From Neoechinorhynchus agilis (lineage: Eukaryota; Animalia; Acanthocephala): DNA of 64,000 nt. The notes beneath the pieces are model-generated. The model saw only the letters and a list, made by a program, of their open reading frames with translations. It was not told the DNA's origin and made no database searches. This document shows, one piece after another, positions 62,442-64,000 of this stretch. The position numbers and the translations under genes are program-made. Location of the stretch: contig CM121341.1 of NCBI GenBank assembly GCA_051530055.1, positions 8,720,784-8,784,783 on the forward strand, read 5' to 3'. The stretch's first letter is position 1. The number at the start of each line of letters is the position of its first letter.

Positions 62442-64000
62442 GTTCATTGATTGAAGCGATGATCACAGTTAAGGATTTATTGACAAAGGTTCCACCGTAG
62501 CCAAATTCTTCGTGTCGGATAACTCCATTTCGCCGACTTGCATTCTTCATTTCCTCCTCGAATAACTGTTGTTGGCATTCCCTACAAAAATCCTTCTAAC
62601 TCGCGTCCACGTCTTTTCAAAATAACTTTTAATTAAGCATTCATTTCCTCTATCTTTCTAAACATGAGATAGGAGCTGCTAACTTTACAATTTCCTTTTC
62701 GAATCTACTTAGTATAATCCTTCGCTTTTGACGAACACTAAAACATCTTTCACATAAAAAAGCTCGAAGAATAAGCAACTCCTCAACTTCTTTAACTACG
62801 TCCAAAGCGACTTCAGTGAAACGTAAAGTTTGCGATAGAGTGATGAAGGTATGAATATACTTTGCAAGTTTCAAAAAATTTCGATCGGTCATTACAAACT
62901 CAGATTCGAATCAACAATCTTTTCGTTTTTAATTTTTTAAATGTTCATTGATTGAAGCGATGATCACAGTTAAGGATTTATTGACAAAGGTTCCACCGTA
63001 GTCAAATTCTTCGTGTCGGATAACTCCATTTCGCCGACTTGCATTCTTCATTTCCTCCTCGAATAACTGTTGTTGGCATTCCCTACAAAAATCCTTCTAA
63101 CTCGCGTCCACGTCTTTTCAAAATAACTTTTAATTAAGCATTCATTTCCTCTATCTTTCTAAACATGAGATAGGAGCTGCTAACTTTACAATTTCCTTTT
63201 CGAATCTACTTAGTATAATCCTTCGCTTTTGACGAACACTAAAACATCTTTCACATAAAAAAGCTCGAAGAATAAGCAACTCCTCAACTTCTTTAACTAC
63301 GTCCAAAGCGACTTCAGTGAAACGTAAAGTTTGCGATAGAGTGATGAAGGTATGAATATACTTTGCAAGTTTCAAAAAATTTCGATCGGTCATTACAAAC
63401 TCAGAGCTTCGAATCAACAATCTTTTCGTTTTTAATTTTTTAAATGTTCATTGATTGAAGCGATGATCACAGTTAAGGATTTATTGACAAAGGTTCCACC
63501 GTAGCCAAATTCTTCGTGTCGGATAACTCCATTTCGCCGACTTGCATTCTTCATTTCCTCCTCGAATAACTGTTGTTGGCGTTCTAAAAATCTAACTCGC
63601 GTCCACGTCTTTTCAAAATAACTTTTAATTAAGCATTCATTTCCTCTATCTTTCTAAACATGAGATAGGAGCTGCTAACTTTACAATTTCCTTTTCGAAT
63701 CTACTTAGTATAATCCTTCGCTTTTGACGAACACTAAAACATCTTTCACATAAAAAAGCTCGAAGAATAAGCAACTCCTCAACTTCTTTAACTACGTCCA
63801 AAGCGACTTCAGTGAAACGTAAAGTTTGCGATAGAGTGATGAAGGTATGAATATACTTTGCAAGTTTCAAAAAATTTCGATCGGTCATTACAAACTCAGA
63901 TTCGAATCAACAATCTTTTCGTTTTTAATTTTTTAAATGTTCGTTGATTGAAGCGATGATCACAGTTAAGGATTTATTGACAAAGGTTCCACCGTAGCCA
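62442..64000. repeat. Tandem array, unit about 493-503 bp, more than 3 copies, open at the window end
   Basis: gttcattgattgaagc (last copy gttcgttg) recurs at 62442, 62943, 63446 and 63939. Confidence 0.97.

Noticed and set aside
1-64000. tRNA, rRNA, 5S or SL RNA genes
   Set aside because: No cloverleaf or rRNA signature was recognised by eye. Short or divergent ncRNAs could be missed without a covariance-model search.

Overview
Eukaryotic (metazoan) DNA from a compact, AT-rich invertebrate genome; the taxon cannot be determined from this window. It holds about 14 host genes: HERC4-like, a Kirrel/nephrin-like Ig receptor, an FNBP1/CIP4-like F-BAR-HR1-SH3 gene, PGK, PTPMT1, RPL24, ZNHIT2, FoxC, SLC25A26, a divergent FoxO-like gene, COASY and three unrecognised genes. 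Most introns are short (about 40-55 bp) and GT-AG. Between the genes lie five tandem arrays (units about 427, 94, 38, 71 and 500 bp), at least eight pieces of CRE-clade non-LTR retrotransposon, decayed Penelope-like and LINE fragments, and several foldback/MITE-like elements. The main oddity is HERC4: its three introns have inverted repeats near their ends. For introns 1 and 3, the excision that restores the conserved protein has no GT-AG pair (best fits GT..CG and GT..CA); intron 2 is ambiguous. In addition, 12 of 13 genes with an inferred start have an AG|A acceptor-like site just before the ATG, suggesting spliced-leader trans-splicing. The assembly shows single-base indels, so single-nucleotide claims need read or RNA support.
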